In this document: positions 1-12,519 of the stretch, in pieces
Layout: every line of letters begins with the position of its first letter
How positions within the stretch are numbered: position 1 is the stretch's first letter
NCBI GenBank assembly: GCA_025558095.1
Contig: JAIVFI010000011.1
Coordinates: forward strand, 248,001-312,000
Direction of reading: 5' to 3'
DNA from: Hyaloraphidium curvatum SAG 235-1
Lineage: Eukaryota; Fungi; Monoblepharomycota
Length of the DNA: 64,000 nucleotides
Program-made: the position numbers and the translations under genes
Notes under the pieces: model-generated
Seen by the model: the letters and a program-made list of their open reading frames with translations, nothing else
The model's database searches: none
What the model was told of the DNA's origin: nothing

Positions 1-454
1 CGCGGGCGCCGCCAAAGAGCCACACGAGGTGCGGCCAGAACTCGTCCGGCGAGCGGAACTCTGACCGCGAGGGGTGGCCGGCGAGGTGTGCGGGGGCGTC
101 GTCGGCCTTGCCGGCGCCGCGGGCGACGAGCGCGTAGCCGTGCGGCCACCGTGCGAGCCGCGGGTCGGTGCCGGCGGGGTTGGCGGCGGCCTCGGCGGGC
201 GCGCTGCCCGCCCACGCAGCCATCTTCTCCGGCAGGCCGCCCGCGGCGTCGGCGTCGAGCAGCCGCCGCGGGTCGGCGGCGAAGGCGACGGCGGCCTCCG
301 TCGGCAGGCCGCTCAGCCGCGCCAGGTCCCACAGGGCGGTCCACAGGGCGCCGAGCGCCGCCAGCCAGCGGTCGGTCTCGCGGGCCGGCGGGGGCGAGCC
401 GATGCCGCCGCCCGGCGACCCGTCCGACAGCGGCGGGGGCTCCAGCGTGGCCAT
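1..454 (-). CDS. Clr2-like (cryptic loci regulator / transcription silencing) N-terminal domain protein, runs off the window
   Basis: Minus-strand frame from ATG at 454 (not in the ORF track because it has no stop in the window) reads ...WPHGYALV...AHLAGHPSRSEFRSPDEFWPHLVWL. This resembles the fungal Clr2 motif GY.L...YLYGHPS...FRSP.EF.PHL.WL. Confidence 0.6.
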   Translation of the reverse strand, partial: MATLEPPPLSDGSPGGGIGSPPPARETDRWLAALGALWTALWDLARLSGLPTEAAVAFAADPRRLLDADAAGGLPEKMAAWAGSAPAEAAANPAGTDPRLARWPHGYALVARGAGKADDAPAHLAGHPSRSEFRSPDEFWPHLVWLFGGAR

Positions 455-1121
455 CGCCGTTCACGGGCGGCGGGGCGTGGGGCGGCGGAGTGGGCGGGGT
501 TCCTGGATAAAATGGGGCGGTCAGAACGGCGGTCCCTCGTCGGCGGGCCGGCGGTCGGCGGAGTGGGCGCGGCTCCAAGCGCCCCCGGTCCCCCGCTCCC
601 GGTGCGTGATTGGCCAGCTTAAACCGTTTTAACCCGTCCGGCACGGGAGGAGGCGGGGAGGCGCCGTCCGCCGGCGGACCCCGAGTCCGATGCGGCCCGG
701 TTGATCAGGAAGCCGCGGCGCCGCGCCCCCCGGCGCCGCCCGCCGCCGCCCGCGCCGCCAAACAACTCACCTGCGTCGTCTCAGCAGAAGACATGCCGCG
801 CCCGGCAGAGGGGCCGCCACCCGCGTCGTCGGGTCGGCTGCGGCGGGCGGTGTGACGCCCTCCCCGCGGCGCCCCCGCTGTCCGCCGGCGGCCCGCGGCG
901 TGCGGAACCGGCTGGACGGAGCGACGGCGCTGGCGATTCGGAGGCCGCCCGCCGCTCCTCCCCGCGCCGTGGGCGGGAATCACTCGAACGTTGGAACCCT
1001 AGAAGATCCGCTAGGCGATCTCGAGCCGATTCGCGCCGAACCAGGATCGCGCAACGCCTCCTACCGAAAACTCTAAGCTCGCACCCGAAGCAACCTTTGC
1101 CTCCCGCCCCTCCTGCCCACG

Positions 1122-1777
1122 ATGAGCGTGGTCACGGACGAAAAACACCAGCTTGGCCGCACCGACTCGTCCTCCGCCGCACCGGCGCTGCCCGAGGGCG
1201 CCCGGCGGTGGCTTGTCTGCCTCGACGGCTCCGAGCTCTCCGAAAAGGCGTTCTCATATGCCGCAAGCAAGCTGGCCCGGAAAGGAGACCAGCGTGGGTT
1301 CCTACATCCAAATTCCCGACCCCGAGCTCATTTCGGCCCCCATTCAAGTGATCGCGCTCGCGGTGCTCCCCGACTCCAAGGTCGCCGAGGAGTTCCTCTC
1401 GGACGCCGCCACGGGCACGCACCAGCTCGACGACCACATGGAGCAGCTGGTCGCCTCGATGCGCGGGAAATGCGAGGCCGTGCTGGCCTCCTCGTTCGGT
1501 TCCGGATGGAAGGACGAGGTGCGTCACCATTTCCCGTTTCCTTCCTCCCGCCTCACGCGTTTCACCCGGGGAACAGATCGACCTCGTCCTCTCGGTCCGC
1601 GTCGGCGACCCCGGCCCCGTCATCTGCGACGCCGCGGGCGAGTACGGCGCCGACGGCGTGGTCTGCTCCTCCCGCGGGCTGTCGGGGTGGCAGCGGCTGA
1701 TGCTGGGCAGCGTGTCGACGTACCTGGTGCACCACGCGCCGAGGCCGGTGGTGGTGGTGCGGGAGGACATGTCGTGA
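1122..1777 (+). CDS. Universal stress protein (USP) family, spliced
   Basis: WLVCLDGSELSEKAFSYA at the N-terminus. The last exon has GDPGPVICDAA...VVCSSRGLSGWQRLMLGSVSTYLVHHAPRPVVVVR. Two short introns. Confidence 0.9.
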
Positions 1778-2183
1778 TACGGGGGGTGGGATCCGTGGCG
1801 GGGGTCGCGGCGTTGGAGGCGCTCGACCGGCGCCGCCCGATTCGCGGTACGCAGCCGCGGGATGGAACGGACCATTGCCCATGTTGCGATCGGATTGGTT
1901 CCGGGCCCCCGTTTGGAACTTCGGTCACGCCGGCCTGCGGAGGAGCCTGGGCCGACGACAGCTCTAGCTGCGAAACGTCTGTTTTTGGCGCTGGGGCCGC
2001 GGCCACACGGAGCGTGTGGATGGCCGGACCGCAGTGCTTTGCTGAATGGATCCGTTTCTCTGAAAGTATCTGCTAAGTACTTACGTCCGTTCGCGGGGCA
2101 GTCGATCTTGGGGCGGAGTTTCAGCGTCCTCGGCGCGACTGCCTCCCATCAGTTCTTTCCACCGCGGACCAACAGCACACGCG

Positions 2184-3748
2184 ATGGAGGCGCTCAAGCG
2201 CGACGCCGACGCCGCGTCCGTCTCGCTGGACGTGTCAAACGGCGCAGTGCCAGCGGAAACGGGCGACGCGGGCGCCAAGGAGCCCGCGTTCGTCCTCTCG
2301 CCCGCGGAATACCTCGCCGCCGTCCCGCTGTTCCCGAAGCTGCGCGCAACTTTCGCGGGATCGCCGCCGCCGGCGGACCGCGCGAAGGAGCTCCGCGCCG
2401 CCCGGCCGCTGGACCGCGCGGCGCTGCTGGCGGGGCTGTCGGCCGAGCCGGCGCTGCAGTACTTCACGGCGTTTCAACTCTGGCTGAATCCATTCGCGGC
2501 CCGCGTGTTCGAGCGCGGTCTCGCCGTCTTCCTGACGGGAATGTCGGTCATCTCGTCGACCTGGGTCTTTCGGACGGACTACGGCTTCGCGGCGAGGCAG
2601 TTCGCCGTCGGCTTCGCGAGCTGGGTCCTGTTGTTCACCCAGATTACCCTCGTCCATCCGTCGATCAGCACTTTCCGCCGCGCTCTCGAGCCCCTCGGGG
2701 CGAGCCACGGGGACGTTCCGCGCACTCTGGACGCGTACCCCCTCGCGGGACTGGCGAGGTGGAGGGCGCTCTTGGACGACTCCAGCAACGGGAACCCGTC
2801 GAAGCTCCTATCCCACGACCCCCTGGATGACCTGTGTCCCTGCAGCCTTTCCCGGTGCGCGGGAGGTCTGGTCAAGGGCATAGCCATCCTCCGGATCGTC
2901 GAGGCCGCCGTCAAGATCGCACTCCTCGGCACGTTCTGCGTTTTCACGTTCTGGACCCCCTACATCACCTTGGCGAGCAGTTTCTGGGGGACGACGTGGA
3001 CCGCCGTGCTGGGATCGCTGAACGGTGCGAGATTCCGTCAGCACGGCAAAGTGAGCTGACGCCCCACCTCCCCATCCCCAGCGGTCGCCCTGGCATTGTA
3101 CGCCTTCCCAAACTCGATCTGCCGGTTCACGGCGAGCACCACCGCCCTGCGGCTCTCCGAACGCGTGGCACACCGCGCCATGAAGCTCGCGCTCGACGAC
3201 CTCCTGGCGCGCCTGACGACCGGCGCCTCGCGGCCGGAGGCTTCCGTCGCGGGGGAACCCTACGCGGAACTGCACACCGTTTTTACCGCCATCTGGAGGA
3301 CGAGGATATCCAGCTTCCATTTTTCAAGGCTGCAGGTGTTGTCGGCCGGGCTCGCCGCCCTGCTTTCCGTCGTCAACATGGTCCGTTTAATCCCCCCTGT
3401 GGCAGCCAAACCGCGTGCTGACCGCCTCCCGGCCGCCGCCCGCAGATCGTCGGCTCCTGCATCCCATCCATGTTCCTCGGCTACATCCTCTACGCCATCC
3501 TCGCCCAGGTCCTCTTCGACCTCCTCGCCCTCGCCGCCTCCAACGCACAGGTCACCTCCATACGCGACCTGTACCTCGAGGCCCAGCGCGAGATCAGGGA
3601 GCTTCCCCTGCCGCCGGACCCTCAGCGCGCGGCGGACCTCCGACGACACGACGCCGTGGGCTGGGGATCTCTATATCGCTGGACTTTGTGTGCCAGGGCG
3701 GGTGAGGACGCGGTGCGGGGAGGCATGTGGTATCGTTGTATCATCTAG
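2184..3748 (+). CDS. Multi-pass membrane protein of unknown function, spliced; 3' end uncertain
   Basis: Hydrophobic segments across ORFs 2184-3059, 3096- and 3470-3748, linked by short introns with GCTGAC branch sites. Confidence 0.6.
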
Positions 3749-3846
3749 CACATGGCAGTGCGTACATAATCCAGACACAGTCGGTATAGGATATATGCCC
3801 CCTTATTTGCCCGCAATAGTCCGTGCGGTCAGCCACCGGTAGCGGA

Positions 3847-5414
3847 TCAGAGCAGCAGCGCGGCGGCGACGGCGAGCGCCGCCAGCGCAAACACCGCCGG
3901 CCTGGCCTGTGCGCCCGGGGGCGCGGCGCCGAGGTCGATGGTGATCGTCGACCGAATAGAAGTGGTCGAGACGGGTGAGGGGGAAGAGGAGGAAGTCGCC
4001 TGCGTGGTGGCGGAGCTCGTCGCGGGGGTGGTCGCGGCAGAGGTGGTTGCCGCGGAAGTAGCAAAGGTGGTCCTCGTGGTTGCGCTCGAGAGCTCAGTGG
4101 TGCGGGTCGTCGGCGCCGAAGAGAGGGTGGCCGTAGAAGTGCGGAGGGAGGACGTAAAGGTCGAGGTCGCGGTGCGCGAGCTGCTCCGCGTGGTGCGGGT
4201 GGCGGAGGAAAGGCAATCGACCGAGAAGGAGTCGACGTGCAGGACGTAGTCGGGGTTGGGGTCCCTCGACCTACCAAAGAAAGGCGTCAGCAACGAAGTC
4301 GGGCGGCTCGGCACCGGACAACCCACCAGTCGGTCGGCGACCCTGCCCAGTCGGCAGTGCCGGGCGCGCCCTGCCCGCCGTCCCAGATGGAGAAGCTGAT
4401 GCGCGACTCCTCGGTCGGGAACTTGCTCGTCTGGTTCTTCAGCAGCGTCCGCAGCACGCGCCCGTCCGACAGCCACCGGATGTAGTCGGGCTTCCAGTCG
4501 ATCGTCAGCGTGTGCCAGTTGTCGTGGGTCTCGCTGCCCAGATCGTGGATCTGCCCCTGGCCGTAGTCGAGGTCGTTGGCCGCGAACCAGTTGCTGTAGA
4601 CCGAGGTCGGCAGGCGCCCGACGAACTCCCAGTCGATCTCATCGGGCACCGTGATCGACGCCGTCGGGTCGGCCTTGGTGATGAACGAGGTCACCACGCC
4701 GAGGCCCTTGCCCGACTGCACGCGCGCCGTGATGACGCCGTACTTGACCCAGCGGGTGTTGTACACCGTGGCACCGAACCCCTGCACCCGGCCAAACTCG
4801 TTCAGCTTGTCGTCCTTGCGCATCCAGAGCTGCAGCTCGCCGTTGCGGATGGCCGCGTAAGAGGGCGAGAACTGCGAGATCCAGTGCGCGTGATCCGGGT
4901 CGCCGTCCCAGTCCTTGCTCTGCACGAGCATCGAGGGGTCGTCGAAGGTCTCGGAGTAGGTCACGCACGGGTGCCGCTCGTAGCAGGCGCCGGGGAAGGA
5001 GGCTGAGGGGTCGCAGCCGGCGCCGCAGAAGAGGCCGCCGGTGTCGCAGTAGCCCTGGAGGCGGCGCGGAACCGACCGATGCGGTACATTATGAGATCCA
5101 TCGTCGGATCGCCGGGCGAAGCGGGCGGAGGAGTGGGGGTTGTGCGGGGGGATCGGAGGGGGAGCGTTCAGGGACACCCGGCAGAAGGCAATCGGGAGGC
5201 CGCGGGGGGCGGATCAGACGGCAGAGGGGAGGAGGATCGGGAAAGGTCAGCGGAGGCAACTTCGAGCGGGCAGAAGGCGGCGCACCGAGTTGCAGCACGG
5301 CGACGTCGACGGGCACGGCGCGCCGAAGAACTGGCAGGTTGTCTGCTGCCCGCGAACCGACCCGGCGAGAGAAAGCAGGGCCGCACAGGCGGCGAGGAGC
5401 GAGATCCGCTTCAT
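3847..5414 (-). CDS. GH16 chitin transglycosylase (Crh1/Utr2-like), probably GPI-anchored
   Basis: Signal peptide MKRISLLAACAALL, Cys-rich N-terminal module, catalytic DEIDWE, a Ser/Thr-rich tail and a hydrophobic C-terminus (AVFALAALAVAAALLL). Confidence 0.9.
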
Positions 5415-5602
5415 GGCGGCAGAGGGAGGTGCGGGAAGAGGTGAGGAGTGCTGGGGCAGCTGTGCTGGGTGGGCGCTTGAAATACCGCGTGCGGCCCGGG
5501 CTGAGTCAGCTCCGCCCCGTTTCCCATTCCTGGCGACCTTGCGCCGCAACACATGTGCTCGATCCGGCAACCGATCCGGAACCAGCAATCTATAGCCATA
5601 AT

Positions 5603-7732
5603 TCAGAGCATCACCGCCGGGGCCGCCGACGGCCCGCAGCGATCGCAGCATGCGCGCAGATCCAGCCCCAGCAGGGACGTCGCCTCGGCCGCGCCCGCCG
5701 CCGGCGCCGCCCCCGGCGCGACCCCCAGCTTCTCCTTGAGCGCGTCGATCGTCTCCTTGCGGATCGGCGGCTTCCTGTCCTCCGCCGGCGCGGGCTGCGG
5801 CATCGGCTCCGGCGCCTCCTGCCCCTCCGTAGCGGCATCCACGGCGGGCTTCTCCCCGCCCGCCGCCTCCGCCTCCGCCTCCGCCTCGCCCTCCTTGTGC
5901 GCCGCGTCCACCTCGTGCACCACCTCGTGCACCGCCCACTCGAGCTCCCCCACCCGCACCTTGAGCCCCTCGTTCTCGGCCTTGACCCGCGCCAGCTCCT
6001 CCTGCACCTCGGCGAACCGCTCAAGGAGCAACGGCTCCGACGCCGGGTCGGGCACCTCGGCCGACTTCCGGCCGAAGAACAGGCTGCCCGACCTGCGCGC
6101 CGCGGGGGCGGCGGGCACCGCGGGGCCGAGGCTGGCCTGCACGATGAGCCGCTTGAGTTCCCGGTTGGCGGCCACCTGCTCCTCGAGCCGCTTGGCGAGG
6201 GCGTGGTGTTGCTGCTGCAGGAGGTTGTACTTGTTGGACAGGGTGCGCTGCGAGTCGTCGCCGCCGCCCGTGGGCACGGGGACCGAGGCGGAGGAGGAGA
6301 GGTTGGAGGGGGGCCGGACCACCGGCAGGTCCGGCATGGTGGGGAAGGTAGGCGAGATGGGCGAGGCCACGAGGTTGCGCATCAGCAGCACCCTGTTGGC
6401 CACGGCATCCGCGCGCCGCTGCGCGGGGTCGAACCCGGCCAGCGCGGCCTCCGAGTCGACCGAGGTCCGGCGGCTCCGCTCGGCGTGCAGCTCCCGCTCC
6501 ACATCGTCCCGCTCCCGGATCAGCTCTTCAATGCGCGCCTGCTGCCTGTCCACAACGCCGTGCGCCTCCTCCACGTCCTTGCGCAGCCGCGCGTTGGCGC
6601 CCCGCAGCTGCGCCACGGCGCGCGTCGCGATGCTGTCGGCCAGCACGTCTGCGCCCGTCCGCGCGCCCGTGGGCGTCGACGCCTCGGGCACCGGCTCGGC
6701 CTCGGGCACCGCCGGCGCCGAATGCGCCTTGGTCGTTTCCAGCAGGATCTGTAGCTCCGAGCACCGCCCGCGGAGCTCGGCCACCTGCGCCTCGAGCCCC
6801 TTGCGCACCTTGCCGTGCACCCCCGCCATGTCCCTCAGGAACCCCTCCAGCTCCGCGATCCGCTCCTCCAGCTCCCTCTCCCTAGCCTCGTGCTTTTCCC
6901 GCTCCCGCTTGACGACCTCGGCCTCCTTGGCCCTCAGCTCCTCGAGCAGCCGCACCGAGGCGGCGTTGGCGGCCTCCACCACCCGCGCGCGCTCCCGCCG
7001 CGAGGCCTCGAGGTCCGCGGCGAGCGAGGCGGAGAGCGCCTCGAGGCGGGCGATGCGCTGCGTGGGGTGGTTGGGTTGCGTGGAGGGGTCGGAGGAGGGG
7101 ACGACCGAGACGAGGGAGGAGAAGAAGGAGAAGGGCTGGGAGGGGGCGGCGGGGGGCGGTTCGAGGGCGGCGGGGGCGGCAATTTCACGTGGAGCCGAGT
7201 CGGGAGCAGGGGCCGTCGGTTCCGGTGCCGCGGCGAGGGCGGCCTGCAGGTCCTCTGTTATCTTGGCCACGCGGGCCTCCGAGTCGGGCTCCGTCCGTTC
7301 CACAGGAACAATCTCCAGGGCCGGAGCAACCTCCTCTGCGGGTGCTTCCATCCCATTTGCGCCCGGTGGCACCTCACTAGGAGCAGGATCCGTTTGTTGT
7401 GCCAGAGGTTCGGGCGTTTCCGAGTCTTCCCGTGACACGGGGGCGCCCAGCGCCCCCTGTGCCCCGTTCACCAGCGGCGCCGGCGTGCCCGGCGGCTCCA
7501 GCGCGGCGAGCGGCACCACGCGCGACGAGATCGGCGACACAATCGGCGTGCCGTCGTCGTCGTCGTCGTCCGAGTGCGAAACGCGCGGGCCCAGCGGCGG
7601 GTGCGCCTCGAGCCCGTTGCGCGGCTTCGCGCCGGCCATGAAGTCGCGCAGCTTCTTGCGCGCGGAGCCGAGCCGCGAGGCGTCGAGCGGCAGCGGCGGC
7701 GGCGCGGGGAAGTTGGCTGTTTGGGTCGCCAT
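5603..7732 (-). CDS. Coiled-coil hypothetical protein
   Basis: Long ORF with heptad-rich E/R/L/A segments and GC3-biased codons; no recognisable family. Confidence 0.65.
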   Translation of the reverse strand: MATQTANFPAPPPLPLDASRLGSARKKLRDFMAGAKPRNGLEAHPPLGPRVSHSDDDDDDGTPIVSPISSRVVPLAALEPPGTPAPLVNGAQGALGAPVSREDSETPEPLAQQTDPAPSEVPPGANGMEAPAEEVAPALEIVPVERTEPDSEARVAKITEDLQAALAAAPEPTAPAPDSAPREIAAPAALEPPPAAPSQPFSFFSSLVSVVPSSDPSTQPNHPTQRIARLEALSASLAADLEASRRERARVVEAANAASVRLLEELRAKEAEVVKREREKHEARERELEERIAELEGFLRDMAGVHGKVRKGLEAQVAELRGRCSELQILLETTKAHSAPAVPEAEPVPEASTPTGARTGADVLADSIATRAVAQLRGANARLRKDVEEAHGVVDRQQARIEELIRERDDVERELHAERSRRTSVDSEAALAGFDPAQRRADAVANRVLLMRNLVASPISPTFPTMPDLPVVRPPSNLSSSASVPVPTGGGDDSQRTLSNKYNLLQQQHHALAKRLEEQVAANRELKRLIVQASLGPAVPAAPAARRSGSLFFGRKSAEVPDPASEPLLLERFAEVQEELARVKAENEGLKVRVGELEWAVHEVVHEVDAAHKEGEAEAEAEAAGGEKPAVDAATEGQEAPEPMPQPAPAEDRKPPIRKETIDALKEKLGVAPGAAPAAGAAEATSLLGLDLRACCDRCGPSAAPAVML

Positions 7733-8020
7733 GAACCGCCGCGCGGGGCCGGCAGGGGCGGCCGCCGAGTGCTGCTCCTCGCGCGGGGTCCGCACTGCCC
7801 GGAGCCGCGCGCCCGATTGCTCCCGGGCCGGCTTCTAGCGGCCCCAGTTGCCTCCTCGCGAGGTGTGCGACGTCGTATACGACGTGTGCCTATCAAAAAC
7901 TCGGCTTTGAACCGCGTCAAGCCACGACGATCCACTTTTCAAGGCTTTGCCTATGTACTGCTCGCGCCTTAGAAACACCGACTTGATTCCCTCGACTCCA
8001 AGCCGCTTCCCACCGCCGAC

Positions 8021-11000
8021 ATGGCGACGGGGCCGGCGCGGCGCGTGGCGCCGCCCGTGCCGGTCCCTCCGCTGCTGCACCCCGGCCACGCCGTGCCCGA
8101 TGCGCCGCGGACGCGCTCGCGGGGCTCCTCCAACGCTCCGCCGCCGCCCGCGCTCCTGGACCAGGATTTCCTCGAAGAGACCAACCGCGTGCTCGTGATT
8201 TCGATGCACCTGCCCGTGACGATCGATCTCGCGTCGTCGGGGGCCCCCGGGCCCGAAACAATGGATCCTGCGGGGTTGGGAGGCACGTTGCGCCGTCGCG
8301 GGGCACGGACTGGCAGCGATGTCCAGGGGGAGAGCTTTTCGACCGAGTTTTCCCCAGCATCGTTTCTGCTCGGGAAGCAGGAACCGCTGTCGGAATCGGT
8401 GGCGTCGCTCGCGCCCCCGTCGCCCCGGCGTCGCTCCGACGGACGGACAGCGCAGACCGACGCAGGCGATTCGCCCTCCGACTCGCCCGCCGAACCGCCG
8501 GCAGACTTTCGCCTCCTCCCCGCGACGGTGGGCAACCATGGCTTGCGGAACGCGGTGGCCTCGGTGCCCCAGCTGCGCTCGCGGTCCCTCTGGGTCGGGG
8601 CGCTTTCCAACGTCTCGACGGAACTGGCATCTGCATCGACGCTGCGCGCCATCTCGGACCGGCTGCTCGCCGAGGCGTCGTCGGTGCCCGTGTTTCTGGA
8701 CGACGAGCAGTACCACGGCGCGTACGAGGTCTTCTGCCGCCAGGTGTTATGGAAGGTCATGCACTACGAGGTGGACGAAGTACCAAAGGGGCAGACTTTC
8801 GACCTCAAATACTGGGAAGCATACGTCGCGGTCAACCGCCTGTTTGCCTCGGTTGTTTCCCGGCTGTACCAGCCCGGCGACGTGCTCTGGGTGAACGACT
8901 ATCACCTTATGCTCCTCCCTTCCATGCTGCGCCAGCTCCTGCCGCAGGCCACCATCGGTTTCTACCTCCAGTACGTTCTGAAGTTGGTCGGTTTCTTGGA
9001 ACCGTCCCGCTGACCTCCTGCGCCAGCATCCCCTTCCCCTCCTCTGAAATCTTCCGGTGCCTGCACGTCCGCAAGCAGGTTCTCGAGGGCATCCTCGGCG
9101 CCGACCTCGTCGGCTTCCAGAACTACTCCTACCTACGCCACTTCCTCGTCAGCGTGAACCGCCTGCTCTCCCTTGACTCGACCCCCCGCGGGATCCAGCT
9201 CCCCGAGACCGTCGTGTCCGTCGGCATCTTCCCCATCGGGATCGACGTCGCGGCGCTGCAGGAGCGCCGGCGGAACCCCGAGGTGGACGAGCACATGGGC
9301 AAGCTACTGCGGCGGCACGCGGGGAGGCGCCTGATCGTCGGCCGCGAGAAGCTGGACAGCACGAAAGGGTACATACAGAAACTCCTGGCGTTCGAGACCT
9401 TCCTCGACCTGAACCCCGAGTTCGTGGGCAAGGTGACGCTGATCCAGGTCGCGGTGCCGGCGCAGTCGGATCCGGACCTGGAGGCGGCGGTCGGCGACTG
9501 CGTTTCGCGGATCCAGGGGCGGTTCGGTTCGATCGGCTATTTGCCCGTGGTTTACCTGAAGAAGGACATTGACTTTTCTATGTATCTGGGCCTCCTCGCC
9601 GCCGCAGACGCGTGCATCATCACCTCGCTCCGGGACGGGCAGAACCTGACTTCGCACGAGTTTGTGGTGATGCAGGAGGCCCGCAAATCCCCCCTGATTC
9701 TTTCCGAATTCGCCGGGGCTTACTCGGGGTTCGGCGCCGCGTTGCGTTGCAATCCGTGGGACCAGCTCCAGGTGGCGGACAAGATCCGGGAGGCGCTGAC
9801 GATGCCCGCGGACGAGAAGGAGGCGCGGTGGGAGGAACTCTACGGCGGCGTGCTGAACGCCTCGGCGCAGTCCTTCGTCACGGGGTTCCTGTCGGAGCTC
9901 AACAGGGTGCACAGGGACGTGCAGAGCAGGTACAGGACCAACATCCCCAAGCTCGACGTTGCGTCCTTCGTCGAAGCTTGGAACGCGGCCAAAGGGATGC
10001 GGCTGCTGTTCATCGATCAAGGCGAGGACGTGCCGTGTCCTCGATTTAGGCGGGCTGACCGTTTCCTCGAACCAGACGGCACGCTGTTCCCCTCCAAGTT
10101 CCTGAAGCCGGTCGGTCCGCAGGCCAGCGGCGTCCGCGATGCGCTCGCGCCCTCCGCCGCCGAAGCGCCCTCGGAATTCTCCCCCGCCCGCCTGGCCGAC
10201 CTCCTCGCCGACCTCCGCGAGTCGGACCGCAACACCGTTTTTGTCATGTCTGGACGTCGCCGCGACCAGATCGACGAGGGCGCGCCGCCGGACGCCTTCG
10301 ACGGTGTCGGCCTGTGCGCCGAGAACGGTTGCTTTTTCCGGTTTCCCGACGAGGAATGGGAGGCGCTCGTGGAACCGGACTCCCTTCACTGGAAGAAGCC
10401 CGTTTTGGACATCATCGGCTACTTCAACGACCGCACTGCGGGCGCGCAGATTCAGGTCCGCGAGGCCAGCATCGTTTGGGACTTTGCCAACGTGGAGCCG
10501 CAGTTTGGCCAGCGCCAGGCCGCAGAGTGCGCCAACCAGATCTCGGGCAACGTTGGCGTCAAGTTCCCCGTGCACTGCCTGATCAAGCGCGGGCGACTGG
10601 AGGTTCTGCCCAACTTCACCGACAAGGGAGCCGTGGTGAAGCGGGTCCTGGAGCGCTACCAGAGCGCCGACCTGGTCCTCATTGTCGGAGACGACATTGC
10701 CGACGAGCCCATGTTCGAGACGGCCGAGGCTTTCATTGGCGCCAACGCGCCTCCCGGGGAAGAGCGCCGGAGGAGCAGCACAACAACGTCAACTGCCCTC
10801 TCCGACATTGCGGAGGACGTCTGGGGGGCCGCGGACATGTCGCCGCAAATGGACGGGATCCCGAGCTCCGCGGGCCGGCGGAGCCCGGCACAGCCCCCGC
10901 CGATAAGGCTCGGCGACGCACACGGCGATTCGGCCATGCTCATGCGCAGGGCAACCCTCTCCTCGTACCTGCGCTTGGTGCCGACGACGTTCATTACCGT

Positions 11001-11121
11001 CACGAACGGCGCCAAGTCGACAAAAGCGCGGTACTTCTGCTCGGGGACGAACGAGGTGTGGGAACTGCTCCGGGCCGCGGTTGCGGCAGACAGGAAAGCC
11101 CAGGAGGAGACGGTCAGCTGA
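8021..11121 (+). CDS. TPS2: Trehalose-6-phosphate synthase/phosphatase complex subunit (GT20 + HAD phosphatase), TPS2-like
   Basis: WVNDYHLMLLP, IPFPSSEIFRCL, SLRDGQNLTSHEF and LILSEFAG motifs. HAD motif DQDGT appears after removing intron 10022-10075, followed by SGR, AENG and GDD..DEPMF. Confidence 0.9.
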
Positions 11122-11136
11122 TCAACGTCAATGTCC

Positions 11137-12303
11137 TCAAGCTCGGTACATGGCATCAAATCCCCCGCAATGGCGGGGCAAAAGGAAACGCGTCCACCGT
11201 GGCAAAGCACATCTCGATCCTTTCCGCCTATCTGCCCTTGTCCGACCGCGCCTTCCATTCCATGAGGGCGGCAAGTTTGTCGCCATAGTCCTTCCGCAGA
11301 TCCGCAAGCTCCTTGTCACGCGCCGCCAGCTGCTTCTCCAGCTCCGCGTTGCGGTCTTGCAGCTTGGTCTGGGACTCGCCAAGAGCCTCGAAGCGGTTCA
11401 TCAGGTCGTTGTATAATGGTCGGAAAGCGGCATTGCTGTTCTGGACTGCCAGGCCTAACCGGTGTCACACAACGGTTCCCGGCGACCGCAGAGCCTCCTA
11501 CCTTGCCACAGCTCTTGCAAACTCGTCCACTCCGCGCCGTCCTTCTGTATCTGCAACGCCGGCTGCCCGGTGGCAGCGATCAGAAGCTTGCTCGTGTTCT
11601 CCTGCATCCGAGAGAGGGCGCTGAGGACGCCCGACTGTTCGTCCACGCGGTCACACAGAACCGTGAACACCTTCAGCAGGTCTTCGTGGATGATCTTCAT
11701 GAGTTGCTCCTTCAATGTTTCCATCTGCTCTTCCGGAAGCGGCTGCGGTGGGCCGTCCTGCATTGCGTCCGCTTTCCGCTTCTTCTGATTTGAGGAGGAT
11801 TCCTCCTGCCGGGGTGCCGCGTCCCTCCTGTTCTTGAGGCCCAGAACGGTGACCTTGAGCTCCTCGACTTCCTTCTTGATGCGGTCGAATTCGACCTTTG
11901 TCGGGATCCCGTGCGCGTTCGTCAGGTCCTCCCTCGTAATGAAGCGGCTCTTTGTCTCCTCGGCTACGGCCTTCCTGATCCGTGCGTCCATCGCGCTCTG
12001 GAACGTGCGTTCGCACTCGACGAAGTGCTCCTTGCGGATCTGCGCCAGCTCTTTCTTGAGCCGTTCGATTTCGGCCGCGACCCTCTTCACCGGCACGTCG
12101 CCCGAATCCGGCGCGACCACGGCCTCCTTCAGCGTCTCGAGATGGCGCTTCAGCTGGCGCTCCATCTCCGTAATCTTCGAAAACTTCATGACCACGGGGA
12201 GCATTTTGACCAGCGAGTCCAGGAACGGGGCGCTTTCGGTGTCCAGCGTTGAAGCCGGCCGCGGGCCCGAGGCCGCGGCTCGGACGCCGTTCGGCTGGGC
12301 CAT
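11137..12303 (-). CDS. Coiled-coil hypothetical protein, spliced
   Basis: 282-aa ORF with coiled-coil composition plus a likely 3' exon; no family recognised and the 3' end is approximate. Confidence 0.5.
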
Positions 12304-12519
12304 TTCGGCGCGGCGATGACCTATTGAAGGTCAGAGCCGCGTCGCTGACGATCGTCGAGCCGCGTCGCGGCAAGACCGGGGGACGCGAGGGGCTCGGACC
12401 ACAAGGGGGAGTAAAGCCGACGCGCTTCTCAATCACTTCAGTTGAATCCAGCGAAAAGAGAGGCCGAGCGACCGACACTGCCAAATTTCAGGGTCATTTT
12501 CAATTCTCCATTCTCCGAT

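Noticed and set aside
3655-3815. AT-richer stretch with weak inverted similarity, possible MITE truncating the membrane-protein gene
   Set aside because: The inverted match is too poor and there is no TSD; it can be explained as convergent 3' UTRs.
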